Origin: Antedon mediterranea
Lineage: Eukaryota > Animalia > Echinodermata
Direction: 5' to 3'
NCBI RefSeq assembly: GCF_964355755.1
Contig: NC_092680.1
Coordinates: forward strand, 16,005,045 to 16,069,044
Length of the DNA: 64,000 nt
Below are positions 12,621 to 24,774 of the stretch, piece by piece. Position 1 is the first letter of the stretch, and each line of letters opens with the position of its first letter. The translations under genes and the position numbers were made by a program. The notes under the pieces are model-generated. The model was not told where the DNA came from. It was given only the letters and a program-made list of their open reading frames with translations, and did no database searches.

Positions 12621-12944
12621 TGATTGATTGATTGACTGATTGAAATTTATATTTATACTGGGTAGCCTCTTCAGTCAAAGACTGGTCTCCCAAAGGGCCC
12701 AGTTGGTGATCAGTGGCTGTGATGTACTAATACACCGGGGTAACCCCCTACTCGTCTCGAAAGATGTACTAGGTTCTTTAAAGTGCACACGAGCTAGATG
12801 TGTACACTGGACCTACGATTATAGTCCTTATCCGAGAAGACTCGTTCTATCACCAGAACCATGGAGTGAGTGAGCCTCGAACCCTGCCGATGTTATGGCT
12901 ACGTAATTACGGTTCCACTGTCTTAGCCGCTCGGCCACTCACTC
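12621..12944 (-). mobile_element. tRNA-derived SINE with Deu/Nin-type core
   Basis: Minus strand shows A-box TGGCCGAGCGG, B-box GGTTCGAGGC, core ...cactttaaagaacc...ttcgagacgagtagggggttaccccggtgt, and an (aatc)n tail. Confidence 0.75.
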
Positions 12945-15871
12945 ACTCTTAAATTAATATGAATTGGATGGTGAAAATAGTTCACAAGTTTAAATAGTTA
13001 ATGTTTTTATTATATATATATAATCATTTTAAAAGAGCAGTCAATCTTTCATCGAATAAAATATTCTCTATTGCCAATTAGTTATTCTTTGTCTTAAATA
13101 ACACACCTTAAAATAAACTGTTATTGTATTTTTCCATCGTAAATCATTGAAGATTATAAACGGATCCCAAAGGAAATAAGCTATTTTGGGCTATCCTGGA
13201 AATTTTTATAAATTTATTTTATTTGTAATGTCAGTAATGTATATGTTATCACTTTGTATGTATTTTATATACTGATTTTCGTAATAAATTCAAATCAAAT
13301 CAAAGCCCAGTATTTATCACTTGCCCGTAAGGTAGAACATACCGAACGACACGTGATGTGTAATTCAACTTTCAAGAATACAATCAAGTGTGTTAGGAGT
13401 TTCGTCTATCAGAAACAATAACGTCATTTTTCTATTACAGTATGCTATCTTTTATTACGAAAGCATGGATTTCTGCACCGGATGGAAGGTAAAGTATACT
13501 GTATCCATCCAATGATTTACAATAGTAAGAGTCTTGATAAACTAAAACGATATTGTATATATATAAATTTACGTAAGGGCAACATTCGGTAAATCGCGCG
13601 TTACTTCTAGAATGTTTACTCGATAGTATATAAAGTTGGTTCGTACTTTCGGTATTGATATTTTAACCACCTGATGTAAGCCTGTTCACTAATTAAATTG
13701 AGTTAGATAATTAGTTATTGACGATCAAAACGAATTTAGGTTTAACGATTTACCACAAATATCCGATCGTGGTATTCACTGTCTAATGGATGTCCATCTT
13801 GAAAAATACCCGCACACAATAATACGAGGATGCTTCGCATTTACCTATCTGCTCCTACGATAATGGAAAACCGGTTGAACAGCTAGAGTACAGAATCATA
13901 CTATTGAAGACAGGCCAATTTTCTTTAAAAAAAATTATATTTTGATAGATTTAATAAACGTTAATACAAATGTATTGATTTGCGATGAATGGAACATTCT
14001 AATCTGTATTTGAAGCTTCAAATTCCTCGGTAAATAGACGGCGCATTATTTCGACAAATGCTTAGATTAGAAATAGTGTCGGGTGTTGTATACAGAAAAG
14101 TAAACTTACTCAACAGTTCTATTGTATTCGAGAACCATCTGTGGGCACCCATAGACGGTACGCGAACGAACCATCTAGTTGTTATAATTATGAATAACTA
14201 AAGGGAACTGTTTAAGTTACGAATTTCCTCCGGAAACTTTTTATTGTTTTGTATTATTAGCACTATTGTTTGGTTACACTTACACTAAAAACTAATAAAT
14301 AGAAGTTAGGTCCAAGTTCAACAAGGCCAACAGCCATAAGTCGCGTGCTAAAACGCATAGTGATACCGGACCGACAGACAGACCGACAGACCGACCAACA
14401 TAGTGAACTATAGAGTCGCGTCTAAGTTAAAAAATCAGTCTAAATGACGTTTAATTTGTTTTTAAAAATGTGTAAACTTGAGCTCACTATTGATTTACAA
14501 AAATACTTTAGTTGTCTAAAATACGTTATCTTGATTGTGCTATTAGTTTCAACAAAGTACATTAATTTGAAGGCGCTAATCATTTAACAAAATTCGAAAG
14601 TTTACCAAAGTACGTCAACTTGAGGGCGCTAAACAAGTTTTAAAAACCGGATTCTTTCCAAAACTTGAAGGCGCTAAACTTAGTAATAGCCAGAGTTGAG
14701 GCATTGGTTAAATTCCAGTTGAGACCCTTTTTATGATGATTTAATTTTATATTTTTTTTATATTATATATTTTTGTTTAACATTTGAGTCCTGATAATCA
14801 TGTGTAGCCTTTAGGATTGTGCCATTGAACTTTGACCCTACCCCTATATATCAATATCAATCCAGCGAGATTTTAGAGATTATTAAGACTAAGTTTGGTG
14901 AGATTTGGATTTGGCTTCATAGGCTGTTTACAAAGAAGCATAACACACACACACCACACATGAACGAAAACATTATGATGTACTCTTAATCGTAGGTAAT
15001 AACACAGTTCAATCGGAATCTATAGTGTAGGTTCAAATGATGACGTATTGACAGGAAAAAACATGATTGCAGTAATATAAACACCTTTCTTTATTCATAT
15101 ATTGTGGGTAATGCTTTACTCAATGCTTAGCTATTATATTACTCATTTTCATTCTGTCTTACTCATAACCACACATGAACAATTCCCGGTATTATTGGGA
15201 TCGACCGATCTCAGATACGGAACTATGAAAATGGCTCTCAAACATAGTATGGAAAAGTAGCCTGTTATGATCAGGGAATTGTGAGATTATTGTAATCTCA
15301 CTAATTGGCTGGTATTAAAAAATCGTGTCTGGTAAATAAATCCCCTATCGATTATTAAATCAATATACCTATAAATTCTTTAGATACAAGGTTAAATTTA
15401 GGCCTATTTCATCTCTACTACAGGTATGAACAATCTAAGTATAACACTTGATTGACTTGGTAAATACATTGATCGTTTAACATTATAATCAGAATTGTAA
15501 TCTTAGATGAACTAAATTATAAACAAAAATAAGAATATGTGTACCTTATCAGTACTGTATCTCTACATACTATACTATTTGTCCAGTATATCACAGGAAC
15601 AATATGGTAATACAGCATCTAATTTGTACCACATGTGATGCCTGTATCATGTAAGGTTAGGTTAAGGGTATGATACTAGTAGGAGATAATACTAATACTG
15701 TTGCATATTTAAAGTTTTTACTCTGTAACAGAAAACAAAACAAAAAATCATGATATTGAAAACTGGGGTAATCTTATCTATTTAATTGTGTATGTATGCC
15801 GAAAGGTTGAAAGGGACCATTTGTCTATAGATATATAGAAAAAATAAAGGTGATTTTTTAAATCCTGGTAA

Positions 15872-16145
15872 ATCCTGGTAAATGAGGCGTCATCGAAGGC
15901 ACTGCAATAACAAATTAGTCTGTTTTACATTCCACAAGTATAAGTTGAAGCACCGGAGTTTACAGCATATTCGAGGTTCGTAATATCCTGTCCGAAGAAG
16001 AGACCTATTGTGATGTTTTATACATGTGTGGTCACACGATGGTATAAAATGGGAAGTCTAATAATCTAATGCACAAACTGTCAACTTACATCACAAGTAC
16101 ATGTTAAAAGACAATTTACAAGGGCAGGATTAAGAAATTTAAAAC
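15872..16145 (+). promoter_or_regulatory. Putative promoter of receptor 4
   Basis: Paralogous to 10754-11006; TGTGGT at 16027 and ggTATAAAA at 16041. Confidence 0.55.
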
Positions 16146-17552
16146 ATGATGGTGAATAGTTTACGCGCTGTAATGACGACGATCATTGTTTGGAGTATGA
16201 ATTCACATATGTTAGCTGCACAAATGGGCTTACGAACCACCAGCATTGGAAGTACCGAAGTTATACGGTGTTTTCCAGATAAAAAGGGAGTTGATGTTGC
16301 TTGGATTCATGAAGGAGAGATAGTTAGCATTAATGGACTCATTTATACAATAAATCTAGACCATCGTGCGAGATATTCTATGATAGGCGATCATCAAAAT
16401 GGACATTATAACCTGCAGATAAAAAACATAAAAGCTGAAGATACGGGAAAGTGGGATTGTATGTTCGGACCACCGGGTAACGTTGAAACTATTAAAAGGA
16501 CAGTGATGATTGTGATTCCGCCTGATGACGGTTACCCAAGTTGCGTGTTATCATCACCAACTGTTATTCGTACCGGTGATCCGTATGAACTAGTATGTGA
16601 CTCAAGTGGAGGTTTTCCTGCTCCTACCCTCGTATGGTTAAGGGATGGGGTGGAATTGTTACAAACAGATACCGATGACTCGCTTGTTTTAGAAAGGATT
16701 GCTGACCAGACGGATAACAATGCACAATACACGTGCGAAGTAAGAAGTCTAGCGTGGCCAACTGCTGCACGCACATGCACACAGAATGTTATGGTTATCC
16801 CAACAGACAAACCACCCGCGCCACTGACCACAAGCTTAACGACAAGTGAGCGCATAATTACTACAGAAAAACATACAACGCAACAGCCTTCAGAAAAACG
16901 CACTATGCAACATCATTCCGAAAAACACACTACGCAAAATCCTAAAAACCCCACAACCGTAATAAACAAATTTACGAATGCACTAAATCCAGACGCTACA
17001 CAACACGACGGTAGGTCAACTGATCCAAATAGTGATCACATCTCAGAACGACCGCATGTAACAAACGCACAAGAAAATACAAACCAAACAGAAAACCTAA
17101 ACCCGGAAGCCACGCAATCTCCCCCTATGTTTGACGCATTGACAATCTTTGGACTATTGTGCGGTTTCTTTCTTGTGATTTTAATTTTGATGGCTGTTTC
17201 ATGGACCAAGGGTCGCAAAAAGACATTTACAGGCACGCCTGAAACAGAAAAGATGCGTGGATCGACAGAGTCAATAGTAGAATCAGAAAACAAATATTAT
17301 TCTCGCCCGTATTCAACTACAACACTTAACAGCACAGCAACTACTGAGACCATTTACCACGTTCCACGGGTGCCGAGTGTGCCGAGTTTGTACTGCGTAT
17401 CGTTAATAGATAGACATTCAGGTGAAATAGTGTCCACAAATGTAGAAATGTTTGATGATCAAGACAAGATTTATCAACATGACGAATCGCTATCACACTC
17501 TACAGATATAGGCCGGCCTATATATGCGAAAGTTAAGAAAAATAAGTATTGA
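16146..17552 (+). CDS. Single-exon IgSF receptor 4: V + C2 Ig domains, Thr-rich stalk, TM, tail with 8 Tyr ending PIYAKVKKNKY
   Basis: Paralog of receptor 3; TM DALTIFGLLCGFFLVILILMAVSWTKGR; AATAAA at ~17604. Confidence 0.92.
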   Translation: MMVNSLRAVMTTIIVWSMNSHMLAAQMGLRTTSIGSTEVIRCFPDKKGVDVAWIHEGEIVSINGLIYTINLDHRARYSMIGDHQNGHYNLQIKNIKAEDTGKWDCMFGPPGNVETIKRTVMIVIPPDDGYPSCVLSSPTVIRTGDPYELVCDSSGGFPAPTLVWLRDGVELLQTDTDDSLVLERIADQTDNNAQYTCEVRSLAWPTAARTCTQNVMVIPTDKPPAPLTTSLTTSERIITTEKHTTQQPSEKRTMQHHSEKHTTQNPKNPTTVINKFTNALNPDATQHDGRSTDPNSDHISERPHVTNAQENTNQTENLNPEATQSPPMFDALTIFGLLCGFFLVILILMAVSWTKGRKKTFTGTPETEKMRGSTESIVESENKYYSRPYSTTTLNSTATTETIYHVPRVPSVPSLYCVSLIDRHSGEIVSTNVEMFDDQDKIYQHDESLSHSTDIGRPIYAKVKKNKY

Positions 17553-17994
17553 TATAACTATACAATGCCTATCTTTTTTGGTTGTAAACATCGTAAATGA
17601 TCGAATAAACACATCAGAATCACTGTATTGAATATTGTGTACATTGGTACTGTTTAAAGACATGACCATACAAGAAAGTAAGTATATTATATAAACTTTG
17701 TTACATGAAACGCATTGCTTGTAAGTTTACCTTCTACAAGTTAAATATTATATTTTGAACAATGCTAACTAGAATTGCCTGAAAAATAGTTGGAATGCTA
17801 TAGGTGGCGCTTTCCACAGCAACACATGATACGTCAATGTGACATGAATGTTTAGCATGTACCACAGTGTTATCTAATAAGTAATATATGCTACAGATTT
17901 TCCAACATATTTTCTATATAATAGTAAAAAACAACTAATATTATCGAGTGAATATATTACGGTAGCTTTCAGTTGACTTGATAGGTGGATGTAT

Positions 17995-19240
17995 ATATTT
18001 ATTCTACGTGTTTGTAAAAAATTGTTATAAATATTAATGAAAAATGGTACAGTAAATGTAAATAGTATTGATAAGTATTAATGATGTATAACCTATCATA
18101 TTTAAAGTTAAAATAATAATTATATATATATATAATTATATATAAACAAATCAGGCAAAGAACATTAATTCTAAACATATATATACAATTTTGAATGCTT
18201 GTAAATTCTCTGTTAAACTGTATTATAATGACCTTATTTTATGATTTTAATTAAGTAAAATAAATACATTTATTTCTTCTACGTGTTTGTAAAAAAATTT
18301 TAAAAATATTAATGAAATGGTATAGTAAATGTAAATAGTATTGATAAGTATATGTAAGTAGATGTATTGTCCCTTTGTCAAATTCCAAAAAAATAAAAAT
18401 TAAAAGATTTCGAAAAAAAGTGGGTAATTTTGAACTATCATAATAGTTATTAATTTTCACAAAAAATTTGTCGAAAAAAAAATAATTTAACTGAAATACA
18501 GACGTTTTTTGGTTCAAAAAATAACTTTGACTTCCAGTCAAAGTTTTCGATCAAAACATATCTCATAATGCAATGCGCTTGTTTGGCTACTGTGTATGCA
18601 TAATCATAAAACTTCCTCGCGATCTGTGTGAAAACACCTTCTTAATCGTGACAAGTTGTAAACAATCCTAATTAGCATCATGCATAATGCATACTCATGG
18701 TTTGAAATCTTTGTTTACTTTCGCTCCCGACTATTTTCCAGACGAAATGTAATAAAATTAATTTAGCTGTTAATTACGTAAAATTGTTGTATTTGGCTTG
18801 AATTTTCGACTTAAAGTGAATAACTTTAATATTACTTTGATATGGCCAATTAAAATTTAGTATATTTTGACCTTCATTTTTGTGTGTTTCAAGGGACAAT
18901 ACATCTTTAATGATGTCTAACTTATATGATATTTAACGTTAAAAAAATATTAATAATGTTGAATGCTTATGAATTATCTGTTAAAATTTATTATATGAAC
19001 TTATTTTATGATTGAAATTAAATGAAATAAATACATTTATTTCTTCTACGTGTTTGTAAAAATTTGTTAAAAAAGATTAATGAAATGGTATAGTAAATGT
19101 AAATAATATTGATAAGTGTTGATGATTTCTAACTTATATCATATTTAACGTTAAAATAATAGTATTTTGATTGCTAATAAATTCTCTGTTAAACTTTATT
19201 ATATGACCTTATTTTATGATTGCAATAAAGTAAAATAAAA
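17995..19240 (+). repeat. ~270 bp AT-rich tandem duplication (about 3 units) interrupted by a MITE
   Basis: ttctacgtgtttgtaaaaa...agtaaatgtaaatagtattgataagt recurs at ~18002, ~18277 and ~19044. Confidence 0.75.
18360..18906. mobile_element. TTAA-targeting MITE (Kolobok-like), TIR AGATGTATTGTCCC
   Basis: AGATGTATTGTCCCTT ... AAGGGACAATACATCT followed by TTAA; the neighbouring repeat unit shows the empty site (aagtaTTAAtgatgt, ~18074). Confidence 0.7.
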
Positions 19241-19510
19241 AATGGGTTGATTGTATCAATATACTTGTACATGTATCAATAACTATGTCAACAAAAGCTA
19301 TGGCAACGGTAGAATAGATTACAACTATCTCGCCTTCGATGGGATTGTCCCGCTTTCTGATGTTATGTCCCGCCCGACTTAAGTACTAAAAAAAAACATA
19401 ATGTTTAATCATACATTTATTGATTAATCTTTAAAATGTCTATACCGAACTAAACTGACAATCATCTAAACTTGTTGTGTATTTGCAGTATCTTCAGCTA
19501 CGCCATACAT

Positions 19511-22107
19511 TACAATGAATGAGATCAACGCAATAGAGGAGAGGGATTGGCGAGTCAAATACAATGAATGAGATCACCACAATAGATGAGAGGGATTGGC
19601 GAATCAAATACAATGAATGAGATCACCGCAATAGAGGAGAGGGATTGGCGAGTCAAATACAATGAATGAGATCACCGCAATAGAGGAGAGGGATTGGCGA
19701 GTCAAATACAATGAATGAGATCACCGCAATAGAGGAGAGGGATTGGCGAGTCAAATACAATGAATGAGATCACCGCAATAGAGGAGAGGGATTGGCGAGT
19801 CAAATACAATGAATGAGATCACCGCAATAGAGGAGAGGGATTGGCGAGTCAAATACAATGAATGAGATCACCGCAATAGAGGAGAGGGATTGGCGAGTCA
19901 AATACAATGAATGAGATCACCGCAATAGAGGAGAGGGATTGGCGAGTCAAATACAATGAATGAGATCACCGCAATAGAGGAGAGGGATTGGCGAGTCAAA
20001 TACAATGAATGAGATCACCGCAATAGAGGAGAGGGATTGGCGAGTCAAATACAATGAATGAGATCACCGCAATAGAGGAGAGGGATTGGCGAGTCAAATA
20101 CAATGAATGAGATCACCGCAATAGAGGAGAGGGATTGGCGAGTCAAATACAATGAATGAGATCACCGCAATAGAGGAGAGGGATTGGCGAGTCAAATACA
20201 ATGAATGAGATCACCGCAATAGAGGAGAGGGATTGGCGAGTCAAATACAATGAATGAGATCACCACAATAGAGGAGATGGATTGGCGAGTCAAATACAAT
20301 GAATGAGATCACCGCAATAGAGGAGAGGGATTGGCGAGTCAAATACAATGAATGAGATCACCGCAATAGAGGAGAGGGATTGGCGAGTCAAATACAATGA
20401 ATGAGATCACCGCAATAGAGGAGAGGGATTGGCGAGTCAAATACAATGAATGAGATCACCGCAATAGAGGAGAGGGATTGGCGAGTCAAATACAATGAAT
20501 GAGATCACCGCAATAGAGGAGAGGGATTGGCGAGTCAAATACAATGAATGAGATCACCGCAATAGATGAGAGGGATTGGCGAATCAAATAGAATGAATGA
20601 GATCCCCGCAATAGAGGAGAGGGATTGGCGAGTCAAATACAATGAATGAGATCACCGCAATAGAGGAGAGGGATTGGCGAGTCAAATACAATGAATGAGA
20701 TCACCGCAATAGAGGAGAGGGATTGGCGAGTCAAATACAATGAATGAGATCACCGCAATAGAGGAGAGGGATTGGCGAGTCAAATACAATGAATGAGATC
20801 ACCGCAATAGAGGAAAGGGATTGGCGAGTCAAATACAATGAATGAGATCACCGCAATAGAGGAGAGGGATTGGCGAGTCAAATACAATGAATGAGATCAC
20901 CGCAATAGAGGAGAGGGATTGGCGAGTCAAATACAATGAATGAGATCACCGCAATAGATGAGAGGGATTGGCGAATCAAATAGAATGAATGAGATCCCCG
21001 CAATAGAGGAGAGGGATTGGCGAGTCAAATACAATGAATGAGATCACCGCAATAGATGAGAGGGATTGGCGAATCAAATAGAATGAATGAGATCCCCGCA
21101 ATAGAGGAGAGGGATTGGCGAGTCAAATACAATGAATGAGATCACCGCAATAGAGGAGAGGGATTGGCGAGTCAAATACAATGAATGAGATCACCGCAAT
21201 AGAGGAGAGGGATTGGCGAATCAAATACAATGAATGAGATCACCGCAATAGAGGAGAGGGATTGGCGAGTCAAATACAATGAATGAGATCACCACAATAG
21301 AGGAGAGGGATTGGCGAGTCAAATACAATGAATGAGATCACCGCAATAGAGGAGAGGGATTGGCGAGTCAAATACAATGAATGAGATCACCGCAATAGAG
21401 GAGAGGGATTGGCGAGTCAAATACAATGAATGAGATCACCGCAATAGAGGAAAGGGATTGGCGAGTCAAATACAATGAATGAGATCACCGCAATAGAGGA
21501 GAGGGATTGGCGAGTCAAATACAATGAATGAGATCACCGCAATAGAGGAGAGGGATTGGCGAGTCAAATACAATGAATGAGATCACCGCAATAGAGGAGA
21601 GGGATTGGCGAGTCAAATACAATGAATGAGATCACCGCAATAGAGGAGAGGGATTGGCGAGTCAAATACAATGAATGAGATCACCGCAATAGAGGAAAGG
21701 GATTGGCGAGTCAAATACAATGAATGAGATCACCGCAATAGAGGAGAGGGATTGGCGAGTCAAATACAATGAATGAGATCACCGCAATAGAGGAGAGGGA
21801 TTGGCGAATCAAATACAATGAATGAGATCACCGCAATAGAGGAGAGGGATTGGCGAGTCAAATACAATGAATGAGATCACCACAATAGAGGAGAGGGATT
21901 GGCGAGTCAAATACAATGAATGAGATCACCGCAATAGAGGAGAGGGATTGGCGAGTCAAATACAATGAATGAGATCACCGCAATAGAGGAGAGGGATTGG
22001 CGAGTCAAATACAATGAATGAGATCACCGCAATAGAGGAAAGGGATTGGCGAGTCAAATACAATGAATGAGATCACCACAATAGAGGAGAGGGATTGGCG
22101 AATCAAA
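19511..22107 (+). repeat. Highly homogeneous 49-bp tandem satellite, about 53 copies
   Basis: Unit caaatacaatgaatgagatcaccgcaatagaggagagggattggcgagt, with few variants and no spacers. Confidence 0.97.
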
Positions 22108-23049
22108 ATAGAAACATAAATATGTTGTTCAAAATTAGGACAAGAGATAGGCGGCGCTATACTGTATTTTTTTTTAAATGTCAACCAAGAGAAATCCGAT
22201 TTTCCAAAATGTATTGCTTCCAAAATAGAGAAACCGGATAGGTGGTCAGGAATAGTGACAATGGTATTGTCCAAAACAGAAAACTGAAAATGGTGGTCCT
22301 GGACACTTATCTATTTCAGATATGTCAATTCGTTTTTTCATTTAAAATGAAAAAAAAAATTACATTCTATTATCAAGCTCTGTAAAATCATCTTTTTCAA
22401 TTAGCACAGTATTTTATATATTACTCTATCCATACATTTCATACATTTTATTGCATCTTGTTCAGTTCCTGATCCCGTGTTGTCCTGCTTTTTTGTTTGT
22501 TTTGTTTTTCAGTTTCGAAAGCTTATGGTGGTTTTGATTTTATATTCAATAGGGCAGCCATTTCCTGATCATCCTTCTTGTGGAAAACAGTGGCGTGTTT
22601 CTTGATAATACAGAGGACATGGGAGTGCTCCAGGTACGATGACCGGTAACGTTCTAAACTCTCCCAGTATTGAAAACCAACCAAATAAGGTGTTTCTCCG
22701 CAATCTTCCTAGAAAACTGCATGGTGCGGCGAGTAAAGTTTATTGACCTTTTAGTAGAAACGTCTTAAAAAAATAGTGACGCGTGTTTCCTGGCTAAACG
22801 CCGTAATACTGACAATACCAGCGCAGATGCTTGGTGCTTTTTATAGATAAACAACGCAAAAAAAACATTAGTTTTAGTTAGAACTTCAAATTACGGCCAC
22901 GTTCTCAAAGTGGGGAGACTTTGCGCATACGCAAATGATTACATTTACGTCATTCAAATCGACGTTGTGTGGTATTAAGATAACTGAGAGACTTAGCAGT
23001 ACAAAGTGATAAAATACATATTCCGTAGAGATTAATTACAAGAAGGAGT

Positions 23050-23850
23050 ATGATGAATGTGCTACGTGTTACAGTAATAATGATCGTTGTTTGGAATATG
23101 AATTCACGTATCATATCTGCACAGTTACGAACCAGCATTGGGAGTACCGAATTTATACATTGTTTTCTAGATATAAAGGGAGCATATGTTGTTTGGATTC
23201 ATGAAGGAGAGATCGTTAGCGTTAATGGACTCATGTATACAGTAAATCCAGACCATCGTGCGAGATATGATATTATAGGCGATCATCGAAATGGACATAA
23301 TAACCTACAGATAAAAAATATAAAAGCTGAAGATACGGGAAAGTGGGATTGTATGTTCGGACCACCGGGTAACGTTGAAACTATTAAAATAACAGTGATG
23401 ATTGTGATTCCACCTGACGATGGTTACCCAAGTTGCGCTGTATCACCATTAACTGTTATTCGTACCGGTGATCCGTATGAACTAGTATGTGACTCAAGTG
23501 GAGGTTTTCCTGCTCCTACCCTCGTATGGTTAAGGGATGGGGTGGAATTGTTACAAACAGATACCGATGACTCGCTTGTTTTAGAAATGATTGCTGACCA
23601 GACGGATAACAATGCACACTACACTTGCGAAGTGAGAAGTCTAGCGTGGGAAACTGCACGCACATGCACGCAGAATGTTATGGTTATCCCAACAGACAAA
23701 CCACCCGCGCCACTGACCACACGCTTAACGATAAGTGAGCGCATTATCACTCGAAAAAAACATACCACGCAACAGCCTTTAGAAAAACGCACTACGCATA
23801 ATGTTAGAGTTATTCCAACAGATGGACCATCTACTCAAGTAACTAAGTAA
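23050..23850 (+). CDS. IgSF receptor 5, 5' part: signal peptide + V + C2 domains intact, truncated in the stalk by a LINE insertion (secreted form or pseudogene)
   Basis: Close paralog of receptor 4 with all Ig cysteines retained; the stop codon TAA falls at the LINE junction. Confidence 0.75.
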   Translation: MMNVLRVTVIMIVVWNMNSRIISAQLRTSIGSTEFIHCFLDIKGAYVVWIHEGEIVSVNGLMYTVNPDHRARYDIIGDHRNGHNNLQIKNIKAEDTGKWDCMFGPPGNVETIKITVMIVIPPDDGYPSCAVSPLTVIRTGDPYELVCDSSGGFPAPTLVWLRDGVELLQTDTDDSLVLEMIADQTDNNAHYTCEVRSLAWETARTCTQNVMVIPTDKPPAPLTTRLTISERIITRKKHTTQQPLEKRTTHNVRVIPTDGPSTQVTK

Positions 23851-24503
23851 AGAAATAGTATTTGATACAAGACGTAAAATGTTTGGACATGATAAGTTAA
23901 TTATTAAAGGTGTAGAAATAGATCAAGTAGACGAACAAAAATACTTAGGAACCACTATTGACAAAGGTCTCAAATGTAATACTCAAATAAATACCGTGTT
24001 TAAAAAAGCAAATCAAAGGCTATATTTCTTAAGAAAACTAAAACTATATAAAATTGATAATACTATATTAACGTTATTCTACAGGGCTATAGTGCAAAGT
24101 GTTTTAACTATTAGTTTAATATCGTTGTTTTTTGGTCTTACAAATGAGAACAAAGAAAAATTAGAACGAGTCAGGAAGCGTGCAGGCAAAATTATTGGCT
24201 CTGACCTACCAACTATTCAACAAACATATGAAAAAAAGAGTATTACATAAAGTTAACATGATTATGAATGACCACACACACCCACTAAATAAGTACTATG
24301 TTTTAAACAGATCTGGTATACAATACTGCTAATATATATATATATATTTTTAATATTTTTGATGTCACATTCGTATTTTTATAAGATCTTGTATTTTTGT
24401 ATTTATGACTTTTATATATTTTTAATTAATTGTTGAGAGCTTGCTAACGAAACGAATTTCCTTTTGGACCAATAAATTTCTGTATTCTGTATTCTGTATT
24501 CTA
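23848..24503 (+). mobile_element. 5'-truncated Rex1/Babar-type LINE (RT C-terminus and 3' UTR)
   Basis: KEIVFDTRR..KYLGTTID..KANQRLYFLRKLK..ILTLFYRAIVQSVLT; AATAAA at 24471 and a (tgtattc)n tail. Confidence 0.85.
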
Positions 24504-24774
24504 TACCATAATACAAGAAGCTACAATTACGCTAAACCCAGACATTACACAGCAAAATTCTGATTCTTGTTTTAAGAAAAAAAAAACTTGTTTCAAGCAA
24601 AATATTTCTTGAAACAAGTAAATTTTGACTTGTCCGTATTTCAATACTTTTTGGCTTACCAAGAATCGTAAAATTCTTAACAAGAATCACACAAATTCTT
24701 ATCAAGAAAATTATTCTTGCCAAGAAATAATACTTTAAGAACAATATTCTTACCAAGAATTTAATTGCTTTTTT

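Noticed and set aside
14340-14425. (gacc/gaca)n microsatellite with tatagagtcgcgt end, with an inverted relative at ~49070-49115; possible Helentron/DINE-like element
   Set aside because: Boundaries and family could not be established by eye; too weak to list as a feature.
19511-22107. CRISPR-like array
   Set aside because: Units are head-to-tail with no unique spacers, there are no cas genes, and the context is eukaryotic.
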